From: Octopus bimaculoides
Taxonomy: Eukaryota
Direction of reading: 5' to 3'
Assembly: GCF_001194135.2 (NCBI RefSeq)
Contig: NC_068990.1
Coordinates: 79,606,024 to 79,670,023 of the forward strand
DNA: 64,000 nt
Made by a program: the position numbers and the translations under genes. The notes beneath the pieces are model-generated. The model searched no databases. It saw only the letters and a list, made by a program, of their open reading frames with translations, and was not told the DNA's origin. This document shows positions 1-13,689 of the stretch, piece after piece (the first letter of the stretch is position 1; each line of letters opens with the position of its first letter).

Positions 1-351
1 TGAAATGGAAATTGTAGTTGTGATCCCCGTGCCGGTGGCACGTAAAAAGCACCATCCGAACGTGGCTGATGCCACCACCGCCTTCACTGGCTCTCGTACC
101 GGTGGCACATAAAAAGTGCCATCCAATCGTGGTTGATGCCAGCCCCCTCTGGTCCCTGTACCAGTGACACTTAAAAAGCACCCACTACACTCTCAGAGTG
201 GTCGGCGTTAGGAAGGGCATCCAGCTGTAGAAACTTTGCCAGATCAGATTGGAGCCTGGTGCAGCCTGCTGGCTTGCCAGTCCTCAGTCAAACCATCCAA
301 CCCATGCCAGCATAGAAAGTGGACGTTAAACGACGACAATGATGATGATGA
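1..351 (+). mobile_element. (GAT)n-tailed retroposon (RTE-type 3' end), cut by the window start
   Basis: GTTAGGAAGGGCATCCAGCTGTAGAAAC...GGACGTTAAACGA(TGA)n; ~60-bp internal subrepeats ending GGCACGTAAAAAGCACC. Confidence 0.8.
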
Positions 352-1583
352 TACATCATCTCAATAGAATGCCATATTAAGTCCTTTTCAGCTATTTCCT
401 GCCTTCAAAGGATTAACTAATTTGGTTTTATATCCAACCCCCACCTGACCAACTGCAATAGATTCACAAGTCACATTCATTTATTCATATTGGGGAGTTG
501 ATAACATAACACACATACCTCTCCTTCACAGTAGTAGTAGTAGTAGTGTTGAGTATCAGGGGATTGTTCTATTTTACTTCTTCACTTTAAACACAAGTCA
601 TACTTTCGTATATTTTCTAATTAATCCTTGATCACTTTTTGTGAGTTCTACTTTGCCTGGACAAATCAAGTTCACAGTGAGTGTCACTATTACACGCACA
701 GACTGTGTGTGTGAAAGCCATGTATGTATATATATATAATGTGTGTGTGTGTGTATGTAATCAATTCAACACTTCAGTATTGATAAATCGATTCTTTCAA
801 GCAATGTTTATTTAGTATCATAAAAAGAGTGAGGTTGGATTAAACCAACAGAGAAACTCCTCTCCCACTGCTTTGGTCTCAAAATAACTTCTCACTGTCA
901 CCAGTCAATCCTGGAGGTGACAACTTAAGACTACATTAATCAGGTAGATCTCGTCATAAGGCTTAATCCAGATAAAGATTAATGGAACAAGGAAACTTAA
1001 TCAAGAGAGATGTCTTTGTAGCAATGCTTTGTAGCTTATCAGTAGCCACTTGGTGCTGTTAGCTTTTGTCTCTTGTCAGGAGTTCAGGCCATTGAGTGAG
1101 ACAAGCTGTCCACCATACACCACACATACATTGAGGTAAACAGAAAGACAGCTAAATAAATAAGGAAAGCAAAGCATTGGGATATTTGCTCAACTATTTT
1201 CTTAATCATCACAAAGAAAATAATTGAAATGGTGATGGTGGTGGAGGATTGAGTCTGTGAGAGACAGAAAAATAGTAAAGTATTTTTCACTCCAATATTT
1301 TACTTCTCTTGTATTTAAGGTTCCGAGCTAACAGAATCGTCAGCACACCGGACAAAATGCTTAGCAGTATTTCGTCTGCCATTTTGTTCTTAGCTGAAAT
1401 TCTGCTGAGGTCAACTTTGCCTTTCATCCTTTCGAGAATCGATAAATTAAGTACCAGTTACACACTGGGGTCGATGTAATCGACTTAATCCCTTTCTCTG
1501 TTCTTGTTTAGCCCCTTGTGGGCAATAAAGAAATGAATATTTTACTTGCATTTTATAATTATGAGAAAGAAAGAAGCCCATTC

Positions 1584-1674
<91 letters not shown>

Positions 1675-2353
1675 TGCTCCTTGTTATGGTTGTGAAAACG
1701 AGTGTTACCGTCTTAAGTGATGTCACTCATTTGCAATCATCCATGAAATGCATCTCTGTTCATGGAGGGAAATATTAACTTCCTTGGAAACAGTTGTGGG
1801 GGAGTTGGTGACAGGAAAGGCATCCTGTCTTAAGGTGGGGGAGGAAAAAAAGCTGATTAGATAATTCACAAATGCTACACCTGGTATGGCTCTATACACC
1901 CTTTCTTCTTCCTCATCATCATCATCTAGCATCTGCTTTCTATGATGGCATGGGTTGGATGGTTTGACTGGGGACTGGCAAGGCTGGAGAGCTGCACTAA
2001 GTTCCAGTCTGATTTGGCATGGTTTCTAAGGCTGGAGGCCCTTCCTAATGCCAACCACACCAAGAGTGTAAAGGGTGCTTTTTACGTGACACCAGCATCA
2101 ACCATAACTATGATTTCACTTGGCTTGATGAGTCTTCTCAAAGGCACCATATTGCCAAAAGTGTGTCGGTCACTTACCACCTCTTTTCCTGTCCATTTGT
2201 CTGTTTCTTTATGTTGTTATTCTGTGTATTGTGCACATTGCTTCCAGCTTTCATTGTTTTCCTCTTTCTTTACTTATGCATCTGCTCTCTGGCCCTTCTT
2301 TGAACCTTTACTAACAAGTTGTTGTGCATCTGAACACTATACAATAAGCTCAT

Positions 2354-2390
<37 letters not shown>

Positions 2391-3113
2391 CACATAAAAA
2401 AAGCCCTGGTGCTTGTGCTACGTAAAATGCATGTAGCACACCCTGTAAAGTGGTTGGCATTAGGAAGAGTATCTAACTGTAGGGACCATGCTAAAACAGA
2501 CGATGGAGCCTGGTGTGACCCCTGGCCTTACCAGCTCCCGTCAAACTGTCCAACCCATGCCAGCATGAAAAACACACATTAAATGATCATGATGATGATA
2601 TATGTAATTGGCTTGCCAGATTCTTGATATGAATTCATGTGTTGAAACATGTTGTTGTATTTGGGGTGGGTCAATATTCTTTTATTCTTTTACTTGTTTC
2701 AGTCATTTGACTACAGCCATGCTGGAGCACTGCCTTAAAATTATGTTAATAAACACACATTTTCTATTTCACTTCTATATTTGTTTATTGGTTAACTATT
2801 TAATCAATTAATTGTTGACTGACCAGATGATTAATCAAATATCTGATTAGTTAACCAGTTGACAAATGAAAAAATAGAGTGATAGTGTGTATGTCTATTG
2901 ACATAACGATCCTCCCAAAATACAACTATATGTTACATATTTATTATATCATACCTTGATACTGTGTTGAGTAAGACCCCCGTTGACAGGCCACTGGTAT
3001 TTATAGTATTAAACACTTTCGGTATGCAAATTAGGGACTCCTTCATAGAGTAACTGCTGCATTTGTTGAATATATAAACAGTTTGGCTGCTTGTTTCTCA
3101 GAATGATGTAGAT

Positions 3114-3156
3114 GCCTCTGATGAGAACCCAATAAGGTTTGAAAATCAATTAAGGT
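3114..3156 (+). ncRNA. Independent minimal hammerhead motif (Penelope type, CpG-decayed)
   Basis: GCCU CUGAUGA GAACC-caauaa-GGUUU GAA AAUCAAUU A/AGGU; AAUCAAUU is one CpG transition away from palindromic AAUCGAUU. Confidence 0.6.
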
Positions 3157-4118
3157 TCTTCATAATTTTTTTAGTCTGCAGAGAAATGGCTAAAAACTTG
3201 TCCTGTTTATAAATTATACCATATGTTACATAAATATATGTACATATACACACACGCGTGCCCCTAAAAAGACAGGATGGTCTTTGATTATAGATCTGCT
3301 AATTTGAGCCTGACCTGGGTGGGGGAAATTTTAGAATCAATACCCAAAGAAAATTACATCCATTTTTATGTTCTGTTGAGAATTTTGTAATATGGGAAAG
3401 GATACATGAATAGTATCAAAGAAATAAGTTAAGCACTTTCAACCAGGAATTGAAAGTGTGTCATGGACTTAACTAAGAACCCATTATACCACACTATCTA
3501 CAATGTACATGAGCCAGTACAATGATTTCACAATGCACTAGAATGACACATTCCATGAGTCATTGAACACAATCATAGCAATATTTTTCACCAAGTTATG
3601 ATAAAAAAGATCTCATATTCAGTTAAAATTATATCCATAATTATATTAAGTCTAATAATTAAGAAGATCAATTTCTTATATTCTGTACAAATGAATGTGT
3701 TATTCTTGGGACACCAACACAATTTTTGCTGTAGAGTTAAAAAGCATCAAGGCATTTTACCAAAAGTAACTGTTGTCATATGTTGTTGTGCAAAGACAAA
3801 ATAGGAACCCAGTTTCAGTTCAGAAGTCCTGTTGTGTAAAAACTACAATAAGCATTCCATTTGCAGTCTAATGGTATCATTTGGGTATTCTTTTCGTAAA
3901 ACTTACTACAAATGTCTACAACCCTTCCACTGCAACATTCTTCTTCCAAAATTACTAAAGAGATCCATTTGAGTTTCCTTCACTGACAAAGATTGATACA
4001 GACATCAGAGTTTGTCATTTTCTGCCTTCCTGTATGGCCCCTGTTATTACATTACAAAAATATAGTTTATGCACCTATCGAGTTTTGTGTCCAACGTCGT
4101 CTCCTTCATTGGACACAA

Positions 4119-4500
4119 AACTCGGCTTGCTAAGACCTGTTGGGGCAAGCGAAATCGTGATGGCACCTGTGCCCAGCGTCGCCTTCCTGGCACGTGTAAA
4201 GACATTCGAGCGAGATCGTTGCCAGTGCCGCTGGACTGGCTCCTGTGCATGTGGCACGTAAAATACACCATTTTGAGTGTGGCTGTTGCCAGTACCATCT
4301 GACTGGCCTTCGTGCTGGTGGCATGTAAAAGCACCCACTACACTCTCAGAGTGGTTGATGTTAGGAAGGGCATCCAGCTGTAGAAACTCTGCCAAACCAG
4401 ACTGGAGCCTGGTGTAACCATCTGGTTCATCAGTCCTCAGTCAAATCGTCCAACCTATGCTAGCATGGAAGGCGGACGTTAAACGATGATAATGATGATG
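4119..4500 (+). mobile_element. (GAT)n-tailed retroposon copy
   Basis: Same family; further copies at ~1913(-), 2387(+), 6188(-), 7590(+), 19881(+), 21605(+), 22864(+), 24700(-), 35029(-) and 45089(-). Confidence 0.82.
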
Positions 4501-5651
4501 AAGAAAGAAGAGATACGCTTTGGAGCTAATCTATTGATCAATGTGAAATCTAGGTACATTTAGCATTTCCATTTTTCTTTCTTAAGTTGCCAAATTGCAG
4601 TCTTCAGTCAGGTGTCAGAATATCAAAATATCTCAACTCTTCAAGGAAGGTCAATTTAAAGGTCAAAAATGGATTTGTGTCAAGATTTTAGTTTAAAAAA
4701 AGTATGTGCCTCTTTTCTTGCATGTCCACTTTTCCCAAAAAAAAGTCAAAATCATTTATAAAAGTCTGCATGAAGTCCTTTTTTTGCCCATTGTAGGGGG
4801 TTTAAGTCAGGATGATCCAGGAAGAGTGTTTCTGATGATGAATCTGCTTATTCTGGAATTACCTAGGGCTAAAAAACATTCTTTAATGTTGTAAGACATT
4901 AATGGTAGGTGGCTTGTTTCATAAAATAAATTAGATTCCTTCATTAGTTAACGAAGCAGAACTCATTTGAACTTATTTGATAGCGCATTCATATATATTT
5001 GGTGTGTGTGTATCTATATATATATATATGTATACAGACCATTTAGTGTGTATATATGTGTCTATATACACCGAACAGATTTAATGACTATAAATTTGAT
5101 TTATTCTCTTCCAAGGACATGCTCATTCATGTTTACAGACTTAGTTTAATAATCACAGCAACCACTCAAACCACGTTAGCAGTCATACCCTCCCTGAACA
5201 AAAAGCAACAATTAGTCCTCTTGATTTACAACCTTTACCAAATGACTTTAAAGTGGGGCACACAAACGGAAATGTCCATTACAGTTACAAGAAGACAAGT
5301 GAGTGAAGGAGTTTCAGTTGAGCCCAATATGATGAGGTGTCTGTTTAATGGCATGGAATCATCTGGTGGGAATTTTTCTGTAATATCTTAGTGGGCTGGA
5401 CATTACATGACCTACTCACAGTTCACATGAGTTGCTCATTTACTCAGTAATATCACTCACTACTTCATCAACAATTACCAAAATCAAATCCTTGTTGTCT
5501 TCAAGGCTTTTAAAATTCTGATTCTTGGTTGGGTCACTAGGGCACTGACCAACAGGTCAGTAGTTCATACCCTATCAAAGCCACAATTAGAGTTACCTTT
5601 GGCTGGCACATTTAACAGCAATGCTAGTAGCATTGTGAAGTTAGTGTATAA

Positions 5652-5871
5652 CCCTTTTGTTACCAACCTGACTGAAACCAGTTCTGGCACAGAGTACAAA
5701 TGTCTTGTTTTCATAAGTTTTCAATTAAAATCTTCCACCAAACTTTAGTCACGATTTATGTTCCTAACACTAGCTGATGATAACTAAGTTATTTTACTAA
5801 ATCCTTTGTTATATTTAAAATTAATTGAAAGAAACACAGAACATCTCAACAGAAATATGGTAAGAAAAGGG
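5652..5871. mobile_element. piggyBac-like MITE, with a truncated second copy at 5903-6042
   Basis: (A/T)TAA-CCCTTTT...AAAAGGG-TTAA; the adjacent direct copy starts TTAA-CCCTTTCGATACCAACC. Confidence 0.75.
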
Positions 5872-7419
5872 TTAAAATATATAATATTGATACAATTCTT
5901 AACCCTTTCGATACCAACCTGGCTGAAACTGCCTCTGGCTCTGAGTACAAATGTCTTGTTTTCATAAGTTTTGAATTAAAATCTTCCACCAAACCTTAGT
6001 CATAATTTATGTTCCTAACACTAGTTTAATGATAACTAAATTATCCAGCATGATCTTGGCTATGATGACTTAGACTTAAAAGGAAAATGAGGGATCTTTA
6101 GTTTAAGAGGATGACTAGCCAAAACCCTTTCAATGTGGGAACAGTGTGAAAAATAAGGAGCAGGACAGATTCTCGTGTAAGAACATGATCATCATCATTG
6201 TTTAACGTCCGCTTTCCATGCTAGCATGGGTTGGACGATTTGACTGAGGACTGGTGAACCAGATGGCTACACCAGGTTCCAATCTGATTTGGCACTCCAA
6301 GAGTGTAGTGGGTGCTTTTACGTGCCACCAGCACGAAAGCCAGTCAGGAGGTACTGGCAACGGCCACACTCGAAATGGTGTATTTTACGTGCCACCTGCA
6401 CAGGAGCCAGTCCAGTGGCACTGGCAACGAACACAATAATGTAGTCCAAGATACATTTTGATCTGGTTCTACAAGATTGTACGAGGTTTTTTTGTTTTAG
6501 TATAAGACCAGGCAGAAAATATGTGTGATTTGTTACAAGAGAAATTCATTTTCGATTGGTGAATTGTTCTTATTGATCATTTACCAAAGTGACAGAAATA
6601 TATGAATGGTAGTTCTATATTATATGTATTTGATGAGGTCAACAAATATATTGTAAGGTATAAGGATTTGAGATAAAGTGATGAGTAGCAGTGATAGGAG
6701 GAATTTATATAGAGGGTAGCAGACAGCAGAGTAGTAGCAACCCAGGTTCTGTAAAATAGTGTCAATACAGGAAAATGTCTGCATAACAGAACCTCTTCTC
6801 ATATACACACTTTCACAAGTTCTACTCTCTCTCTGCTATTGAGAACGTCTTCTGGTCGAAAAGGCTAAAGATGTTCACTCTTTGCAATCTTACAATCAAC
6901 TGATGCGGTGAGAATAAAGTAGCAGACAGTCAACTAGTGTGCCATCTTTGTCCAGCACTTACACGTGGTCGAAATGACACTTCAGTGCTTTTTTGGTGTA
7001 AATTTATTTCTGTATTTACATTATGCCATGGAATTTAGGTTACTTTTTCATGCCCCACTCTAGTGTAGTCTTCAAATTCAGGAGAACAAATTCCATTTTA
7101 GCTACAGTTGAACAGTAACCTAGTCGTAAAATAGTTTTTTATATACCCCTTCCCTCCCCCACAAGAAAAAGAAAAGGAAAATAAAAGAGAGACCAATTCC
7201 CATGTCATTTGAAACCTTTTGTTGCCATATTCCTGTTGAAATACATGGTTGTTGTTACAATGAATTTAGTAAAATAACCCAAGTTAAACAAACAATTGAT
7301 TAGTTAGTTGGATAATTAACCACTTGACTCATAATAAAGAAGTGAAATTGAACCAGTGCCTGTGTTAATAATATTGGTACAGTGACCCTCCTTAGACAAC
7401 AAAATTTTGTCATTATTAA

Positions 7420-8140
7420 CCCTTTAGCATTGAAGATGGCCATATCTAGCCCAAATATTCTGTTTTTTGTTCAAAGCAGCCAGATCTGGCCTTTCACACC
7501 TACCCTACAATGTCATCTTAAAAATAAAGTTACATCATCAAAATCTCAAAGCTGTGAGATAATTGCATGATTAATTAAAAATAATAAACTCTGCTTGCGA
7601 AGACCTGTTGGGGCAAGTGAAATCGAAATTGAACCAAATTCGATGACTGGCACCCGTGCCAGTGGAGCGCTAACAGCACCGTCCGAGCGTGATCATTGAC
7701 AGAGCAGTTGTCTGGCTTCCGTACTGGTGGCACGTAAAAAGCACCATTTGAGCATGATTGTTACCAGCATTGCCTTACTGGCATGTAAACAAAACATTCA
7801 GGCGAGGTTGTTGCTAGTGCCGCTGGACTGACACCTGTACAGATGGCACGTAAAAAACACCATTTGAGCATGGCCATTGCCAGTACCGCCTGACTGGCCC
7901 TCGTGCCAGTGGCACGTAAAAGCACCCACTACACTCTTGGAGTGGTTGGCGTTAGGAAGGGCATCCAGCTGTAGAAACTCTGCCAGATCAGATTGGAGCC
8001 TGGTGTAGCCTTCTGGTTCGCCAGTCCTCATTCAAATTATCCAACCCATGCTAGCATGGAAAGCGGGCGTTAAACGATGATGATGAGGAATATGAATATA
8101 TAAGCATTACATTTAATAGAGCAATTGGAGTGCTGAAGGG
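7420..8140. mobile_element. piggyBac-like MITE interrupted by a (GAT)n-tailed retroposon
   Basis: TTAA-CCCTTTAGCATT ... AGTGCTGAAGGG-TTAA; insert at about 7590-8085. Confidence 0.72.
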
Positions 8141-8636
8141 TTAAATTGAGGTTTAGAAATAAATTAACATGGAATCTTGATGGAAGATTTTAATTTAGAT
8201 CCCTTAAAAACAGGAAGTCTGCATCATAGAACCAGGGGTGACCTTGTGTTGAGTATCAAAAGGGTTAAAGCCCTCCAATGAATAAGGTTAACGAATCTTT
8301 TGAATTCATGCTGGTTAATAAATAAAGGGAAAACCTAAACATACAGGAAATTACATACTATTCGTAGGTAATAAGCTTGGGTCTGGGTTCAGTCCCACAG
8401 AGCGGCACCTTGGACAAGTGTCTTCTACTATAGTCTTGGGCTGACCAAAGCCTTGTGAGTAGATTTGGCAGACGGAAACTAAAAGAAGCCCGTCACACAC
8501 ACACACACATATATATATCTCTGTGTGTCTGTCCCACCACCACCACCACTTGATAACCAGTGTTGGCATGTTTATGTCCCTGTAACTTAGCAGTTCAGCA
8601 AAAGATACCAATAGAATAAGTATAAGGCTTATATAC

Positions 8637-8677
<41 letters not shown>

Positions 8678-8967
8678 NNNNNNNNNNNNNNNNNNNNNNN
8701 NNNNNNNNNNNNNNNNNNNNNNNNNNNNNNNNNNNNNNNNNNNNNNNNNNNNNNNNNNNNNNNNNNNNNNNNNNNNNNNNNNNNNNNNNNNNNNNNNNNN
8801 NNNNNNNNNNNNNNNNNNNNNNNNNNNNNNNNNNNNNNNNNNNNNNNNNNNNNNNNNNNNNNNNNNNNNNNNNNNNNNNNNNNNNNNNNNNNNNNNNNNN
8901 NNNNNNNNNNNNNNNNNNNNNNNNNNNNNNNNNNNNNNNNNNNNNNNNNNNNNNNNNNNNNNNNNNN
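8678..8967. other. Assembly gap (others at 33096-33105, 33857-33945 and 59592-59973)
   Basis: N runs, mostly next to microsatellites or repeats. Confidence 1.
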
Positions 8968-8981
8968 AGCTGAAAAGAAGG

Positions 8982-9453
8982 CATTATTTACATTTGATAG
9001 ATATTTATCCTCATCTTGCTTGTTAACACGTTTCGGTTGATATACCTTCCAGCCTTCATGAGGTGTCTCGGGGGAAATTTTGAACCTGGATTCTCATTCC
9101 TAAGGTATTTTTCTGATGTTATTATTATTATTCAGGTCACTGCCTGGAATCGAACTCAGAATCTTGGGGTTAGTAGCCCGCGCTTTTAAACACTACGCTA
9201 TATGCGCAAGGGCATATTGCGTAGTGGTTAAGATTCCAAGTTCAATTCCAGGTAGTGACCTGAATAATAATAATAATAATAATATCGAAAAATACCTTAG
9301 GAATGAGAACCCAGGTTTGAGATTTCCTCAAGACACCTGATGAAGGCTGGAGGGTATATCAGCCGAAACGTGTTAACAATAAACACAATGAGGACAAATA
9401 TCTGTCAAATGTAAATAATGTACATAATTCCTCATCCCTCAAATATAGGACTG
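8982..9453. mobile_element. Head-to-head pair of the tRNA/hammerhead element
   Basis: Minus arm 8982-9208 and plus arm 9210-9453, each with tRNA-like head, (AAT)n and hammerhead-like body. Confidence 0.85.
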
Positions 9454-12400
9454 AAGAGAAGACAACAAACATGAAGAATGAGAGAAGGAAGAAGAGATGA
9501 AAGTGAATCGAGGAGAGCAGGTTTGTTTATTCTCTTTGTAATGGCAGTTCTAGAGATTTAAATGTTATATCTTTGTTTTTTGTTTTTTTTTTAACACCAA
9601 CAATGTTGACTTGAAAACCAATCTTAAAATACAATATTATTATTGAAAATAGAAATAAATATAAAATAAAAACAATCGGATAACAAAACCAGTGGAATCA
9701 GAGATTTGGAGGAAAAGAAAAAAAAAATTGTGATGGTTGTATTGTTTATTCCCACCACCACCACCATCACCTGGGCATTTTGCAGTATAATAGGTACAGT
9801 GGTTTTTGACCCCTCAAGAATTTACCATCACATTATTCAGAATAATAATTATTTCAAATTTTGGCACGAAAGCCAGCAATTTTAGGGGTAGGGAGTTAGT
9901 TGATTCCATCAACCCCAGTAGTTAACTGGTACTTATTTTATCACTCCTCAAACGGATGAAAGGCAAAGTTGACCTCAGCAGGATTTGAACTCCGAATGTA
10001 AACAGTTGGAAGAAATATAATTAAGCATTTTGTCCAGTATGCTAACGATTCTGCCAATTTACTTTGATAATAATAATTTCTTACAATATACATGCAGCTT
10101 CAAAATTGACAAATTACGTGAAGTTGTAATGTGCATGCTTCCCCCAGGGGCATCTGATGGTTGGTTCCAATTCGGAACCAAAACCAACCAAAAGAAAACT
10201 TTTCTACAAATTTATTGATGGGCAGTAAATGAGCAGAAATCTTCATAAAATGCTGAACTGAAATGTCTGCGAGTCTTTAGTCTCATCAGTCTGTGATTGA
10301 CAAAATAAGCACCAGTAATGGACCAGAAGTTAACTCAACTATATTTCCTACTCAGCAAAATTTAGCCCTATACCTTCATCAGCAACAACTAATTAATTAA
10401 TTATACTAATTAATTAATTATACCTTTCATAGGTATTAATTAACCAATTTTTGAAATTGAATCTGTGGCAAATTCTGCAATATTTTCATTCTCAAAGACA
10501 ACAATATAAAAGAAACAGAATTGAAATGAAATTAGAATTTCTTTCTAAAACACAACAAACAATATAATCAGTGAAATTAATGTTTTCAGTATATAACTGG
10601 TACTTCATCGACCTTGGAAATATGAAAGACAATGTCCCCTCGTGGCAAGATTGGAATTTGATATATTGAAACTCTGAGCTAGATACAGTTCAGATACCTC
10701 CCAACTCTCTTAACCCCTAAATAATAATAATAGTTTCAAATTTTGACAAAAGGGCAGTAATTTTGGGGGTGGGGATGAGTTGATTACATCGACCCCCAGT
10801 GTTCAACTGGTACTTATTTTATCGCCCCACGAGAGGATGAAAGGCAAAGTTGACCTTGGCGGAATTTGAACTTAGAACATAGTGACAAGCAAAACACTGC
10901 TAAGTATTTCACCCGGTGTGCTAACGATTCTGCCAACTTGCTGCCTTGATGATAATAATAGTAATCCTTTCTATTATAGGCACAAGGCCTGAAATTTTTG
11001 GAGATGGGATAAGTCAATCACATCGACTCCAGTACTTGATTACTAGTTAATTTATCGACCCTGAAAAAATAAATGGCAAAGTCAACCTCGGTGGAATTTG
11101 AACTCGGAACGTATCGACATGAAATACCACTAAGCACTTCGCCGGACATGCTAATGATTCTGCCATCTCACCGCCCTAAAAAAAAATATTAATAATAACA
11201 ACAACGATTACTTACATTGGCACGAGTTTACAAAGTAGAGTCAACTGTGAAGTGACTTAAGTGAGTGGCAAATTTCAATGGCCCCTATCACAAATTGAAC
11301 TCAGAATGTGGAAAAACCTCAACTTTTTACTCTTAAGTATTTAATCCAGCGCTTTAACTGTTTCTGCCACTTGCAGCCCTAATAATAATAATTATTTTTT
11401 TTTTTTTAATATTGGCACAAAAGGAGGGTGTAAAGTGACTTGGACCGACTCCAGTACATGGCTAGTATTTATACCGTCAACCCCCACCTCAGAAGGATGA
11501 AAGGCAAATCAACTCTGGCAGGATTTGAACTCAAAATAATTATTGGAATGTATTTAGATATCAGAAAGCATTTAGCTTGGCACATTGTTGTTTCTTCCAT
11601 TCCATTGCTCTAATAATGGTAAAGATTTCAGACATAGGCACAAAGCCATGCATTCTTTTAGGAAGGGAGGGAAGAATACTGTCTAGAAAATTTACTCCAG
11701 TATTTGACTGGTATTATGGACTTCAGTGGGATTCAAACTCAGAACATAAAGAAATGGATGTGACTAAGGCTCAGCATTTTGTCTACTGATCCATGACCTA
11801 ACAATAATTATTCCTAATTCAGGCGCACAAGGCCAGCAATTTTGAAGACGGTTGGTTATTCTTGGTCAATTACTTCAATCTCAGTATGGCTTGTATTTCA
11901 TTTTACAGACTTCAGAAGGTTGAAAGGCAAAGCTGATATAAGTGAAATTTGAACACTGGATGGAAAAAGAACAAATAACTGTTCTTTGCTGATTGTTATT
12001 CCATTGCCATAATAATAATAATAATAATAATGGTTTCAAATTTTGGCACATGCCAGTAATTTCAGGCAAGGGTTTAAGTCAGTTACATCGACCCCAGTGC
12101 ACGACTGGTACTTATTTTATCGACCCTGAAAGGATAAAAGGCAAAGTTGACCTTGGCAGAATTTGAACTCAGAATGAGAGAATGGATGAAATGCCACTAA
12201 GCATTTTGCTCAGCATGCCAAGGATTCTGCCAGCTTTTGCTGCCTTGATTAATAACAACAATGGTAAGTTGTTGCATATGTATAAAGCCCCAGGCTTGAA
12301 ACAAAAAGGAAAAATGTGAAGTGGTGGGTTTTATGTCTTTCCCTTGAGCCTTAGAAAAGACTCCAATTGGCAGAGTGATTCTGACAAGAACACACTGCCA

Positions 12401-13689
12401 ACAACAACACGACCATAATGGCACATGGCCACAGTCGATTGATTCCACCTCATTCTATGACTAGTATTCATTTCATTGAGCCTGGTGGAAGCGGGGAGTG
12501 AATTTTAGCCGCAGCAGAATTTGAACTCAGAATATAGAGGGACGGAACAAAATAATAAAAGAATTTTAATCTACAACTCAACCATTTCCATCACTTCACC
12601 ACTTTTCAAAGAAAAGAATTTTTAGCTTGGATACGAACGTGGGGGAGTGGGGGTGTAAGCTTTGAAATTAAACCCCAATAATTTTATTAGTATTTTATCA
12701 ACCCTGAAAAGATGAAAGGCAAAGTTGACCCCTTCCAGCAGAATATTCTGACCTGAGAACGTAAAGAGCCTTAAAGAGAGGCTGCAATATACAGTGTCCT
12801 CCATTCTATACCAACCTTCTAAAAATCTTCAGTATCAATTATTATAATCCTTTCTATTCTAGGCAGAAAGCCAGTAATTTCATGGGAGGTGGTGGGGGAG
12901 AAGGGAATCAATCACATCGAACCCCTTGTTTGATTGCTATTTATTTTATCAACCCCAAAAGGATGAAAGATAAAGTCAGCTTCAATGGCATTTGAACTCA
13001 GAATATAATGCTGACTGCAATGCCGCCAAGCATTTTGTCCAGTGTGCTAACAATTCTGCTAGCTCACTGCCCTAATAATAATAATAGTTTCAAATTTTGG
13101 CACAAGGCCAGCAATTTTAGCAAGGGGTCAAGTTGATTATATCAACCCCCAGTGCACAACTGGTACTTATTTTATCGACCCTGAAAGGATGAAACACAAA
13201 GTTGACCTCTGCAGAATTTGAACTGACGAAATGCCACTAAGTATTTTGACTGGCATGCTAACCATTCTGCCAGCTCACCATTTCATCACTAATAATAATA
13301 ACATTAATTTCTTACATAGAAAAAAAAACCCATCAAAATATAATACTTATAATACTCAGAGATTCTTGTTGATAGCAGTCAAGTTTTTGTTGTTGTTTGT
13401 AACCTCGAAAAGATAAAACTTTAATTATGTATGTGTGTTTCTTCATTTGATTTCAGCACAAAAACTTCTCTGACAGAAAAATCAGGTTAGTAATAATAAT
13501 CACCATTATTAACATGATTGCTTTGAAATATTTTTTAAAAAAATTTCTATATTACTGATTTATTTTACAAATTTGTAGAAAGGATCAAACGGAATCAATA
13601 CCAGAACATGCCTCATATTTGTTTTGTTGTCCCCAGAGGGATGGTTGATAGCATCTAGATTTGAATCCTAGATAGGCCAACACTAAATA

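Noticed and set aside
1518-1778. ORFs rich in YI/CV/HT dipeptides (also 17994, 31886, 45083 and others)
   Set aside because: They are translations of (TA)n/(TG)n/(CA)n microsatellites.
3005-3052. Minus-strand CT-ATGAAGG...CCGAAA hammerhead-like remnant
   Set aside because: The core is incomplete and stem II is broken.
9140-9208. Apparent tRNA gene (also 24286 and 60500)
   Set aside because: The acceptor stem does not close and it runs into the repeat body; this is a SINE head.
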